A stretch of 64,000 bases of DNA from a virus, in IMG/VR virus record IMGVR_UViG_3300042311_001406, positions 27,323-91,322 of that record. One strand, written 5' to 3'. Position 1 is the first letter of the stretch. Every line of letters begins with the position of its first letter. The notes below the pieces were generated by a model. That model worked only from the letters and a program-made list of their open reading frames with translations, had not been told where the DNA came from and did no database searches. The position numbers were made by a program, and so were the translations under genes. Below are positions 8,982 through 18,034 of this stretch, piece after piece.

Positions 8982-9905
8982 ATGAAGTGTGGCATCATTC
9001 ACGCCACCACGGAGCCTGTGAGCATGAACAACGCGGTCAAGGTCAAACATTCCGTGCAGGGCATCTTCCGCGGTCGGCAGATGATCGAAGTCGGCGGTCG
9101 CCGTTTCGACATCAACGATCCAGATGTCATGGAGATCCGGGACGAGCTTGCCGCCAAAGCCAGCAAAGACTTCGGCGTCAAACTGCAAAGCGTTCACCGT
9201 CACAACCTCGTCGTGAACAGTGGCCGCCTGATGACATGCCGCAAGCTTGCCGAGCGCGATCTGAACGCCGTCATCTACGCGGTGCAGTTTGGCGACTGCA
9301 AGGTCGACGGCGTCGTCAGCAAAGACCTCTTCCCTCCAGACCTCAGCGACAACCGCCTGGTCCGCGAGATCCGCACCATCGGCGGCGCGCCGGGTGCCAC
9401 CTTCGAGCTCGACGGCTACGAGTACCCGGAGCAGGTGGTCAAGGTTGCACCGGCTGGCCTTCCAGGCTCGTTGACGGGCGGCGAGGTCTCGACGTTCACC
9501 GACGCCTCCTCGGACTTCGTGGTGGCGGGTGTCACCGACGACGATGTCGTCAACGCGGTCATCGGCGGCGAAAGCTTCACGCTGCCCATCAAGCGTGTCG
9601 TCGGCCCCCATGACCTTGAGGTCGAGAACAACGGCGGCATCGCTGGCGCCGGCATCTCGTACACGATCACGACACCAGCAGGGCAGGTCCTGTTCCGTAA
9701 GTTCGTCAGCGGTGAGAACTTCCCGACGTCGCTCTACGGACCGATGACCATCGCACACGAAGCAGGCCTCCTGTTCAGCGACGGCACACTCTTTAACCGC
9801 GTCGTATTCGCGCCAAGCTCGCCGACCAATGGGCTCATCTTCCAGCCGATGGACATCAACGGCGTCACGCTTGGCGTGCAGGTCGATTGGCTCATCGTCA
9901 TCTGA
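8982..9905 (+). CDS. baseplate/tail-collar-like structural protein
   Basis: HNLVVNSGR and terminal EAGLLF...LFNRVVF pattern; start uncertain. Confidence 0.55.
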   Translation: MKCGIIHATTEPVSMNNAVKVKHSVQGIFRGRQMIEVGGRRFDINDPDVMEIRDELAAKASKDFGVKLQSVHRHNLVVNSGRLMTCRKLAERDLNAVIYAVQFGDCKVDGVVSKDLFPPDLSDNRLVREIRTIGGAPGATFELDGYEYPEQVVKVAPAGLPGSLTGGEVSTFTDASSDFVVAGVTDDDVVNAVIGGESFTLPIKRVVGPHDLEVENNGGIAGAGISYTITTPAGQVLFRKFVSGENFPTSLYGPMTIAHEAGLLFSDGTLFNRVVFAPSSPTNGLIFQPMDINGVTLGVQVDWLIVI

Positions 9906-9969
9906 CGCGCCCGACACTGCTGCCGCCAGCACCATCTCGATCCAGATCGAACATCCCTGAGGTTCACCA

Positions 9970-12270
9970 ATGACCACGAGCATCTTCCCCTGGTACAATG
10001 TCGATCTCGATGCAGGTCGATTCCTTGAGCTGTTCCGACAGGTTGTTCGGAGCGGCGTCGTCGAAGGCAGCGAGGTCACTGCAGGGTCCAGCGGCTGGAA
10101 CATCAGCATCAATGCCGGCAAGGTCTTGGCTGACGGCAGCGTCGTCTACGACGACCTGACGAAGCTCAACCACACGAACCTCGGCCACGTCGCTGGCAAC
10201 GATGGCCACTACGCCGTCTACGAGACGTACGCCTACGCGCCCACGAACCCGCCGCCAGCACCCGCCTACTTGGTAGCCGCAGCGACGCCGCCGCTGCAGC
10301 CGGTTGTGCCTGGTGGTGGCGTCAAGCTCGCTGACATCTTCATCCCGGACACGGCGACCAGCATCCTGAGCCCAGGCGTGCGCATCGTCAACGCGCCCAA
10401 GCTCTTCTCGCGCGCCGACAGCGGAGAGCTGATCGATCGTCTGGTGATGAGCATCGGCAACACGCAGACGCGAACGAATGGCGCCGTCAACTACGACGAC
10501 ACGACCGGCAACATCACGCTCACACAGAACCTCATCATCGAGGCCACGTGCTCGTCGCACCGTCAGCAGTTTGAAGAGGCCCCGCCGTTGGTCCGCGGCG
10601 TCATCCCTGCTGGCACCTACGCGGTCCCTGGTACGTCGCCGAACCGTGATGTGCTGGTGTACACCCTCTTCGACCGAAGCGTCCCGAACGAGAACCTGGC
10701 GTGCACGCTCAAGTTCTTGGATCGAAACGCTCCAGACTTCGGCAACGTCACGGAGCTTTTGCTGCCGTCGAACCACACCAAGATCAAGATCCTGGGCATC
10801 GTCAGCGGCACCCGCATGTCGCTGGTCGACCTGAACGGCCAAATGCCGCCGCCAGATGCTGATGATCGCAAGTTCTTGCGGGATGCTGCTGATGGACAGC
10901 ACCTGTGGGAACTCGTCAGCGACAGCAAGTCGGTGGGTGGCCACAAGGCAGGTGTCTCGAACATCACGGCTCGTGACGCCATCGCCAGCGACCTGCGGAA
11001 GCAAGGCATGATCTGCTACGTCCAAAGCACTGGCCTGTTTTACGTGCTTGAAGGTGGCCTCACCAACAGCGACTGGCGCGTCTTCAACGACTCGAATTTC
11101 GCCATCGGCGGCCACCACGTCGTCGCCGATCAGGCAACGCTGCTGGCGATCCCCAGTAAGTATCTGCGCACCGGGATGTCGGCGTACCAGGTCGACACCA
11201 GCGCCGTGCGTCGCTGGAAAGAGAACATCTCGATCGGCACGCCCAACAACTGGGACTTTGAGTTCTATAGTCGCGGTGACGAGCTTGGCGCCAGGATCGG
11301 TGTCGACACCATCTACCCTGGCAACGAGTTCACGGCCAGCACCAAGATCGCAAAGCGAGAACTCAAAGCGCTGGCATTCCTCGGCAAAAACCCAGATGCG
11401 AATGCCGGATCTCGCGTCGTCAATGGCGGTGAGCTGGTGCCGTTTGAAGTCGGCAGCGTGCCGATGGCGCTCCTGCATCCAACGACCGCGATCACAGCCA
11501 ATGCGACTGAGGGGGCCACCAGCTTCGTGCGCACCACCAGCGCCGTACAGATCAGCCTGAACACGGGCGTTCCGGCGTCGTTCATTGGTGGCGTGGTGCC
11601 CAGCTCGTACCCGTCGAACGTGTACTGCTTCCTGCGAAGCGATGGCTCGCTCCGGGCCAGCACCGTGGCGCCAGATTCCCGAGGTCGCCCATCGGCGGCT
11701 GACGCCACCTACACGACGAGCGACTACTGCTACGTCGGCATGCTGCGACCCAAGGCCAATGTCGGCGACTTCACGGCGGTGTGGGGCACTTTCAGCGTGA
11801 GCCACGACGGAGACGGACGTCGTCACATCATGTTCGACATGGATGAGACGGCTCTGTACGGGTCCAGCGTGTTCGGCTCCATCACGGAAGGCGTTCCGGA
11901 AACGATCGACACTGGTCCAGTGTCGGGTCCCGCCACACTGTTCCCGACTTCCATCGACGTCGACGCCAACCACCTCATCACGGTGGCCTGCGGCTCGGAT
12001 GGTCTTGAGGCTGTACTGGAGGCGACCATCGGCGGCGCCATGATCACAGCTCGCGTTCTCAGCAACGCCACTCCGGCCGGCATCAACGGATCGGCGTTTG
12101 CCACCACCACAACGCCCAGCCGCGCAGACCGCCCCAGGGTCAAGCTCTCGCTGAACGTTTCAGCGGCGACAGGTGCTTTCCGCGCCTGCAAGCACGAGCT
12201 GCGCTACACTGGCATCCTTGAGAACGTCAACCGTCCGATCACCCTTCGCCAGAGCACGTTCCTGCCATGA
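9970..12270 (+). CDS. tail fibre-like protein
   Basis: 766 aa; N-terminal G.V.AG..W.I.INAG...KLADIFIP anchor-like region; two internal GGH...GM..Y repeats. Confidence 0.55.
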   Translation: MTTSIFPWYNVDLDAGRFLELFRQVVRSGVVEGSEVTAGSSGWNISINAGKVLADGSVVYDDLTKLNHTNLGHVAGNDGHYAVYETYAYAPTNPPPAPAYLVAAATPPLQPVVPGGGVKLADIFIPDTATSILSPGVRIVNAPKLFSRADSGELIDRLVMSIGNTQTRTNGAVNYDDTTGNITLTQNLIIEATCSSHRQQFEEAPPLVRGVIPAGTYAVPGTSPNRDVLVYTLFDRSVPNENLACTLKFLDRNAPDFGNVTELLLPSNHTKIKILGIVSGTRMSLVDLNGQMPPPDADDRKFLRDAADGQHLWELVSDSKSVGGHKAGVSNITARDAIASDLRKQGMICYVQSTGLFYVLEGGLTNSDWRVFNDSNFAIGGHHVVADQATLLAIPSKYLRTGMSAYQVDTSAVRRWKENISIGTPNNWDFEFYSRGDELGARIGVDTIYPGNEFTASTKIAKRELKALAFLGKNPDANAGSRVVNGGELVPFEVGSVPMALLHPTTAITANATEGATSFVRTTSAVQISLNTGVPASFIGGVVPSSYPSNVYCFLRSDGSLRASTVAPDSRGRPSAADATYTTSDYCYVGMLRPKANVGDFTAVWGTFSVSHDGDGRRHIMFDMDETALYGSSVFGSITEGVPETIDTGPVSGPATLFPTSIDVDANHLITVACGSDGLEAVLEATIGGAMITARVLSNATPAGINGSAFATTTTPSRADRPRVKLSLNVSAATGAFRACKHELRYTGILENVNRPITLRQSTFLP

Positions 12271-12542
12271 GCCTTCCCACCTGCCGCATCACTGGAACCA
12301 TCATCAACGCCCAAGGCTCACCTCGCAGCCGTGTGCGATTCACAGCAAGGATCAGCTCGACTGGAGATCTCCCATCTGCGGTCACCCAGGACACGGTGGC
12401 CGTCTTCACCGACGGGAACGGCCAGTTCGAGCTCGATCTTCTGCAAGGTGTCGAGGTGATTCTCATCTCTGAGGAACTGCGCTACTACAAGCGCACCACG
12501 GTGCCGAGCTTGTCCACCATCGACTTCAGGAGCCTGACATGA
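12267..12542 (+). CDS. small beta-sandwich (carboxypeptidase-regulatory-like) protein
   Basis: ITGTIINAQGSP...TDGNGQFELDL. Confidence 0.55.
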   Translation: MSLPTCRITGTIINAQGSPRSRVRFTARISSTGDLPSAVTQDTVAVFTDGNGQFELDLLQGVEVILISEELRYYKRTTVPSLSTIDFRSLT

Positions 12543-13210
12543 GCGAGTACGTCCAGATCTCTGGAGCCGGGAACCAGAACGCGCAGAACGTGTTGCGTGT
12601 GGTGTTCTCCGGCGCCGACCAGAGCGACATCCCACAGCTTCAGGCCTGGGCCGATTTCAACCTGAACACCACCAACATCGAGGCGCTGCAGGGTACGCCG
12701 GTCAACGGCGAACGCAGCATGCTCGTGGCCAAGAGCACGCACGCTGGACCCTCTGGCGTCGACTGGCCTGTGGGCTTGGCGCAGACGCCTGGTGGCGCTG
12801 TGGCCAACCGGCTTCGCGGCAACGACGCCTTCGTGCTTCTGGGGACCTCGGCCCCTGTCGCTCCATTCCCAGTGGCGCGGACCTTCAACATGGCCTTGCT
12901 GGTCCCTGCTGATGCCAGCCCTGGTGGCGTCGGCTTCCAGCCTGTGGTGGCCGTGAAGGTCTTCTACGCAGGCGCCCCGCCGACGATCGAATTCGAGTGC
13001 AACGAAGGCTCTGATGGATCGCCAGTTTGGCGGCCGCTGACCAGCTCGCCGCAGGGCGTCAACATGCCCATCGCCGCCAACAATGGGTTGCTGTTCACGG
13101 GGCCAAACACGGTGCCTGGCACTGGCAGCAACAATGGCAGCATCGACCCCATCACCAAGCCAGGCTCTGGTGAGAAGGTCGCTGAAGAAGTTTGGGTCCG
13201 GAGCCTCTGA
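12539..13210 (+). CDS. hypothetical structural protein
   Basis: Translationally coupled, AGGAG RBS. Confidence 0.6.
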   Translation: MSEYVQISGAGNQNAQNVLRVVFSGADQSDIPQLQAWADFNLNTTNIEALQGTPVNGERSMLVAKSTHAGPSGVDWPVGLAQTPGGAVANRLRGNDAFVLLGTSAPVAPFPVARTFNMALLVPADASPGGVGFQPVVAVKVFYAGAPPTIEFECNEGSDGSPVWRPLTSSPQGVNMPIAANNGLLFTGPNTVPGTGSNNGSIDPITKPGSGEKVAEEVWVRSL

Positions 13211-13557
13211 TGTTTTTCGCTGTCACCAAAGACGACAAGGTCATCAGCGGCCAGGAGCTGGAGTGGTCCGGGATTCCGGCCGATGTCGTGATCAAGTCGC
13301 TGCAATGCAAACTGAAAGACACCAGTGGGCGAGTGATCGCGAACTTTGAGGTCGAGGGTTTCGATGAATACGGCTTCCAGCGTTATGACCTTGTTGCTCA
13401 GCAAGGCCTCATTGGTCGTGGCATCCAGCTGCTCGCGCGTCGTGGTGAAGTTGTTGTCGTACACGACGTCGACATTCACTCCGGCACCACTCGCATTTCT
13501 TCGATCAGCAAAGACGCATGCTCCTACCGGAAAGATCTGTGGAGGTCTGGATGCTGA
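13210..13557 (+). CDS. hypothetical protein
   Basis: TGATG coupling with the upstream gene. Confidence 0.55.
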   Translation: MFFAVTKDDKVISGQELEWSGIPADVVIKSLQCKLKDTSGRVIANFEVEGFDEYGFQRYDLVAQQGLIGRGIQLLARRGEVVVVHDVDIHSGTTRISSISKDACSYRKDLWRSGC

Positions 13558-13874
13558 CGGAAGGCAAGCAAAGGATCGACTTCGGCGCCAGGGTGTCTTT
13601 GTTTCCCGGCAAGGACACCTCCGAAAGCCTGCTCTTCTTCGACATGGTAGCGGTTGGCTTGGTCGCACGCATCATCGTCGAGCTCGACGCCAGTAAGCAT
13701 CAGATTATCCGCGAAATCACGATGCACAAGTCTCCGTACGCGAGCCAGGAGTTCATCTCCTACATGGAGGAGTGCGGTTTCAAGGTGAACGTGGTCGATC
13801 ATCTCGCTGGTGAGGTGGTCAAGGTTTCACCGTCGACAGACCTGAACCCTATCCAACCGCCCGATAGAATCTGA
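13551..13874 (+). CDS. hypothetical protein
   Basis: GGAGG RBS before ATG 13551. Confidence 0.6.
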   Translation: MLTEGKQRIDFGARVSLFPGKDTSESLLFFDMVAVGLVARIIVELDASKHQIIREITMHKSPYASQEFISYMEECGFKVNVVDHLAGEVVKVSPSTDLNPIQPPDRI

Positions 13875-13893
13875 CACACGGCCAACCAATTTG

Positions 13894-13922
13894 ATGACCG
13901 TCGGTTCCCGGCAACGTAGAAT
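13894..13922 (+). promoter_or_regulatory. sigma70-like promoter, leaderless
   Basis: ATGACC-N17-TAGAAT, with ATG 13930 7 nt after the -10 box. Confidence 0.5.
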
Positions 13923-13929
13923 TGCCGGC

Positions 13930-14892
13930 ATGACGAAACCGACGGCCATCTCTTTGTCTGCTGCAGTCCAAGGGCTCCCGCCTTCGGACGTGAATCGCCC
14001 TGTCCGCAGCCTGGAGACAGACCTTTGGTTGGTGCTGAGCGGCAGTGGGGCAAAGTACCCTGCCTACTTCGGCGCCGTGCGGCGCTTCATCACCAAGTAC
14101 GGCCGCCGCTTCAGCCGCTTCTGTGGCTGCAGTGGTGGGGCCTTGGCGGCCGCCTTGATGGCGACCGGCAAAGACATCCAGGAGTGCATCGAGATCGCGA
14201 AGGCCATCAACCCGAGCGAGTACCTCGACAGCAACATCTTCACGCCTGCTGTCATCGTGTGGCCATTCAACAACGAAGGTCTCTACGACGGCGACAAGCT
14301 GCTTGGAGTGCTCCGCAAGGTCTTCAAAGGACTGAAGATGGCTGACCTGCAGCATGAGCTGCACGTCGTCACCTACAACATCCAGCGCAAGCAGACGATG
14401 ATCTGGGGCAACCGCCCCATCAACCATCCGAATGCTGTCTACGCTCCAGACATGGAGGTTGCGCTTCTGGTGCGGGCCAGCATCAGCCTCCCGCTGATCT
14501 TCAACATGGTGAAGATCAAGTACAACCGTCTCATCGGCGGCAAGGTCGTCGAGGACTACCACATCGACGGCGGCGTCGGCGGGAACTTCCCGATCGACAT
14601 CTTTGGCGACAGTTCACGAGTTGTTGGCCTCAGGTTCAAGCAGCAGAGCCAAGATGTCGCGACGCCCATCAACAACAAGATCGACCTGATCTCCTCTGTT
14701 GTTGACGCCTTCATCGACTCAACCATGAAGGAGCACATTGAAGATGCGCTGCACGCAAAACAGGTTCACATCGACACGAAGTTCAACGGCCTCGACTTCA
14801 ATCTGACGCCTTCAGCCTTCAACGGACTGATGCAGGATGGGGAACGCTGTGTCGACCAATGGATGAAGGAGAATGCTGATGACGCTCGCTGA
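13930..14892 (+). CDS. patatin-like phospholipase
   Basis: LVLSGSGAK oxyanion loop, GCSGG nucleophile elbow, ASISLP, catalytic DGG. Confidence 0.9.
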   Translation: MTKPTAISLSAAVQGLPPSDVNRPVRSLETDLWLVLSGSGAKYPAYFGAVRRFITKYGRRFSRFCGCSGGALAAALMATGKDIQECIEIAKAINPSEYLDSNIFTPAVIVWPFNNEGLYDGDKLLGVLRKVFKGLKMADLQHELHVVTYNIQRKQTMIWGNRPINHPNAVYAPDMEVALLVRASISLPLIFNMVKIKYNRLIGGKVVEDYHIDGGVGGNFPIDIFGDSSRVVGLRFKQQSQDVATPINNKIDLISSVVDAFIDSTMKEHIEDALHAKQVHIDTKFNGLDFNLTPSAFNGLMQDGERCVDQWMKENADDAR

Positions 14893-15211
14893 AATCGGTT
14901 TGCTCATGCGGGATCTCGGCGGATGGGGTGTCTCAGCCGTCCTTTTGTACGCTTTGAAGAAAATCTATGATGACAAGGAGGCTGCGGCCAAGAAGTACAG
15001 CGTCGAGAAAGACGAAAACTTCAAGATGATTCTTTCGATAAGCGAGAACATGGCTGAGGTGTTGGCGACCAACACCGAGACGAGTCGTGCCCTGAGTGCT
15101 AACCTGCACGAGCTGCGAGACCGCTTCTTGTCAAATGGCAAGGCTGGCGCTGGCAGCCGAACCTTGCTGGCGGGCACCTCAGAAGATGGTCGTTCGCACG
15201 GAGACAGATAG
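14879..15211 (+). CDS. holin-like single-TM protein (BhlA/UviB-like architecture)
   Basis: AAGGAG RBS; one N-terminal TM (LGGWGVSAVLLYAL) followed by a coiled coil. Confidence 0.5.
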   Translation: MTLAEIGLLMRDLGGWGVSAVLLYALKKIYDDKEAAAKKYSVEKDENFKMILSISENMAEVLATNTETSRALSANLHELRDRFLSNGKAGAGSRTLLAGTSEDGRSHGDR

Positions 15212-15213
15212 CC

Positions 15214-15606
15214 ATGACGTTCATCAAGAAGCTGTTCGATCGTATCGGCAACGTGTCGCCGCGCTGTGAGGCACCATCGGACACAGCCAGCATCGGCAAG
15301 ATTCTCGTCGATGCTGGCCGCATCTCAAGCGATCAGCTTCAAGAAGTCACCGTCTCCCAGAAGCACATTACAGAACGGGTCATCAGCGACGAGATACTGC
15401 GTCGCGGATGGGTCGACGAAGAAGACATGAAGCGCGCGCGCTCCATCCAAGCGAAAATTCAAGCTGGTGACGAGATGCGCGCCCAGATCGAAATCACCCA
15501 GATGCGCCTCAGTGAGGCCCTACGCGTCGAGAAGAACCTGAAGGCTGTCGTCAGGACCACGATGCCAATGCTCACGGCCATGAGCGCCATCTCCGCGGAC
15601 TCCTGA
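15214..15606 (+). CDS. MshEN-like domain protein (degenerate)
   Basis: Two 24-aa repeats with MshEN spacing: SIGKILVDAGRISSDQLQEVTVSQ and VISDEILRRGWVDEEDMKRARSIQ. Confidence 0.6.
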   Translation: MTFIKKLFDRIGNVSPRCEAPSDTASIGKILVDAGRISSDQLQEVTVSQKHITERVISDEILRRGWVDEEDMKRARSIQAKIQAGDEMRAQIEITQMRLSEALRVEKNLKAVVRTTMPMLTAMSAISADS

Positions 15607-15635
15607 AGACAGACGCAGCCTCGGCGCTGTATGCG

Positions 15636-15664
15636 TCGACTTGGCACCATGATTCATGTAACCT
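15636..15664 (+). promoter_or_regulatory. sigma70-like promoter
   Basis: TCGACT-N17-TAACCT in an intergenic gap. Confidence 0.4.
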
Positions 15665-15699
15665 TGCAGTCGCCAATGTTGGCGCCTTTGAGGTGAGTC

Positions 15700-16104
15700 A
15701 TGGTGCTTCGAGTTGATGATGCTGTTCGTTCTGCTGTCGTGAACGCGATTCGCGACGCCATTGACGCTGGTGCTGGCGCCGGCCTCCTCCGCATCTACGC
15801 TGGCGCAAAGCCTGGCACCAAAGGTGCCGCTCCTGCAGGCCTTCTGCTGGCCGAGTTGACGCTGGCAGATCCTTGCGGTGTCACCACCACTGGCGTGCTC
15901 AACTTCACCGTGCCGTTCTCGGACACCAGCGCCAACAACAGCGGCACCGCGGCGTTCTTCTACCTGTGCACCAGCACCGGCGCGTACGTGGCGGAAGGCG
16001 ACATCGCCACCTCCGGCAGCGACCTGAACCTCGTGACGACATCGATCGTCGCTGGTCAGCCGGTGCAGGTGACGTCGTTCTCGTTCACCGCTGCCGGCGC
16101 CTGA
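15700..16104 (+). CDS. virion structural protein (fibre-associated)
   Basis: LRIYAGAKP...LLAELTL...GTAAFF...DLNL.TTSI.AG.PV pattern common in phage fibre cassettes. Confidence 0.6.
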   Translation: MVLRVDDAVRSAVVNAIRDAIDAGAGAGLLRIYAGAKPGTKGAAPAGLLLAELTLADPCGVTTTGVLNFTVPFSDTSANNSGTAAFFYLCTSTGAYVAEGDIATSGSDLNLVTTSIVAGQPVQVTSFSFTAAGA

Positions 16105-16132
16105 TCGCTCACACGACTGAAGGAGGTGGCCT

Positions 16133-16582
16133 ATGGCTGACGACGTCAACATTCCAGATGCAAGCGATGTCCCCACTCCGATCGCTACTGATGAGGTGGC
16201 TGCTCGGCATCATCAGCTCGTCAAAATGGAGTTTGGTGAGGACGGCGTGGCTACGCCTGTCAGCGCAGCCAACCCGATGCCGACCACGCTGTTCGGCGAG
16301 GTCGTTGAGCAGCTGTCGGCGATCCGCATGCTGCTGCAGTCGATGATGAAAGCAAGCATGGGCTCCCTCCCCGACGTCGCAGGCCGCATGCGCGTCAACG
16401 TCGAAACAGGATCAGTGGGTGTGAGTTCACTGCCAACGCTTGGCACGGTGACGACCGTGACGACGGTTGCATCCCAAACGAACCAGGTGAACATCGGCGG
16501 CCTTCCGGCCATCGAACAGATCCCATCCCTTATGCGCCTTGGCGCTGACTCGCTGCGCCGAAACATCACGGTGACACCATGA
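16133..16582 (+). CDS. hypothetical fibre-cassette protein
   Basis: GGAGG RBS; VSAANPMP and TVTTVTTV motifs. Confidence 0.6.
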   Translation: MADDVNIPDASDVPTPIATDEVAARHHQLVKMEFGEDGVATPVSAANPMPTTLFGEVVEQLSAIRMLLQSMMKASMGSLPDVAGRMRVNVETGSVGVSSLPTLGTVTTVTTVASQTNQVNIGGLPAIEQIPSLMRLGADSLRRNITVTP

Positions 16583-18018
16583 CCACCACGAATGGCAATC
16601 GACCGATTTTGGATCTCAAGCGCTGGGAGTTCTGCGCGCCAGCGCCAGTAGCGTCCGCTGCTGGATCGTTTATCATGTCATCACGACACCACCGACAGCG
16701 TCAGCTGTACATCGTCAATGCGACGACGCACTACCTCTACATGCCGGAAGAAGATGGTTGGGTGCAGATTCCCAGCGGCGCGCTCGCGGGAACATTTGCG
16801 GCTGGTGCCTGCGGAACAGGCACAGCTGTTGGCCCATCAGGCACTGCAACAGTCGCGTCGACGACGTCGACGATCGTCAGCAACTTGAACCTGCAGCGCG
16901 ATCTCCGTGGCTACTCGTTGTTTGTGACGGGCGGCCCCAACGCGGGCGCAACGCTGAAGATCCTGAGCAACACGATTGGCGCCAACAGCGTGATCACGGT
17001 GGCCACACAAGGCACAGCGTTCAACGCTAGCACCACGTTCCGCTTGTTCACGCCTCGGTGGTACGTTCTCAACGCCATCACGGCATCAGGAACCACCACC
17101 GCGAACGTGTTCAAAATCTACGACCTGGCAACCAACACTTGGTCCGCCGCAGAAACAGGCGCAACTGACGGCGTTGCTCCAGCTGCAGTCATCGGCACCG
17201 ATGGAAAGCTGATCGCTACGCCATCATGGGTTGACGATGACTACGTGTCGTTCGCGACAGGGACCGCCACTGCAGGTGCGACCAGCACGTTGACGTTCGG
17301 CAGCGCAAACTGGGCTGTCAACCAGTGGGCCAACTCACAAGTCCGCATCTCGGCAGGCACAGGCGCTGGTCAGATTCGCAGCATCACTGCCAATACAGCA
17401 ACCGTGTTGACGGTAGCAGCGCCTTGGACCACTCCGCCAGATGGAACGTCGGTGTTCTCGATCGAAGGGAATGACGACTACATCTATTACACCGGATCTG
17501 GTGCCACCGCAGTCTTTCGATATTCGATTTTGTCGGGTGCTTGGCAGTCGATGACTGCTCGTGGCGGTGCACCTGGGGCCGGCATGTCTGGTCATTGGAT
17601 CTATGAGGTCGATGATCCGGCGTGGAACCTTCCAAATGCCATTTTGAATGGTCGGTACATCTACTCGTTCCGCGGCGCCAACGGCGCTGTGCTGGATCGG
17701 TACGACATTGCCGCCAATACCTGGACGACGTTGTCGTATGCGCCTGCTGCAGAGTTGATCAACACAGGCGCTAAGCACGTCTACCGAAAAAACTTCATCT
17801 ACACCCAGCAGCTCAACACGGGTCGATGGTTGGTGTTCAACATCGTCACCAGCGGACAAAACGGCTTTTCCACGATGATGTACACTCAGGGAGCCGCAGT
17901 CGTTGGCGACACAGCCTTCGATGTACACTACCGAGACGGCACAACTCAGATCGACTATGTGTACATGCTGTTGAACACGTCGACGGTTTTGCTGCGGTGC
18001 ATGATCATCAACGACTGA
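16579..18018 (+). CDS. kelch-like beta-propeller protein, putative receptor-binding
   Basis: Repeated YD...NTW / RYSI...W / RYDIAANTW blades; Thr/Ala-rich. Confidence 0.6.
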   Translation: MTTTNGNRPILDLKRWEFCAPAPVASAAGSFIMSSRHHRQRQLYIVNATTHYLYMPEEDGWVQIPSGALAGTFAAGACGTGTAVGPSGTATVASTTSTIVSNLNLQRDLRGYSLFVTGGPNAGATLKILSNTIGANSVITVATQGTAFNASTTFRLFTPRWYVLNAITASGTTTANVFKIYDLATNTWSAAETGATDGVAPAAVIGTDGKLIATPSWVDDDYVSFATGTATAGATSTLTFGSANWAVNQWANSQVRISAGTGAGQIRSITANTATVLTVAAPWTTPPDGTSVFSIEGNDDYIYYTGSGATAVFRYSILSGAWQSMTARGGAPGAGMSGHWIYEVDDPAWNLPNAILNGRYIYSFRGANGAVLDRYDIAANTWTTLSYAPAAELINTGAKHVYRKNFIYTQQLNTGRWLVFNIVTSGQNGFSTMMYTQGAAVVGDTAFDVHYRDGTTQIDYVYMLLNTSTVLLRCMIIND

Positions 18019-18034
18019 TCTGTGAGGTGACGTC

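Noticed and set aside
14873-14881. Met-Leu-Met as a lambda-S-type dual start
   Set aside because: No charged residue lies between the starts, and the SD is too close to the first ATG.
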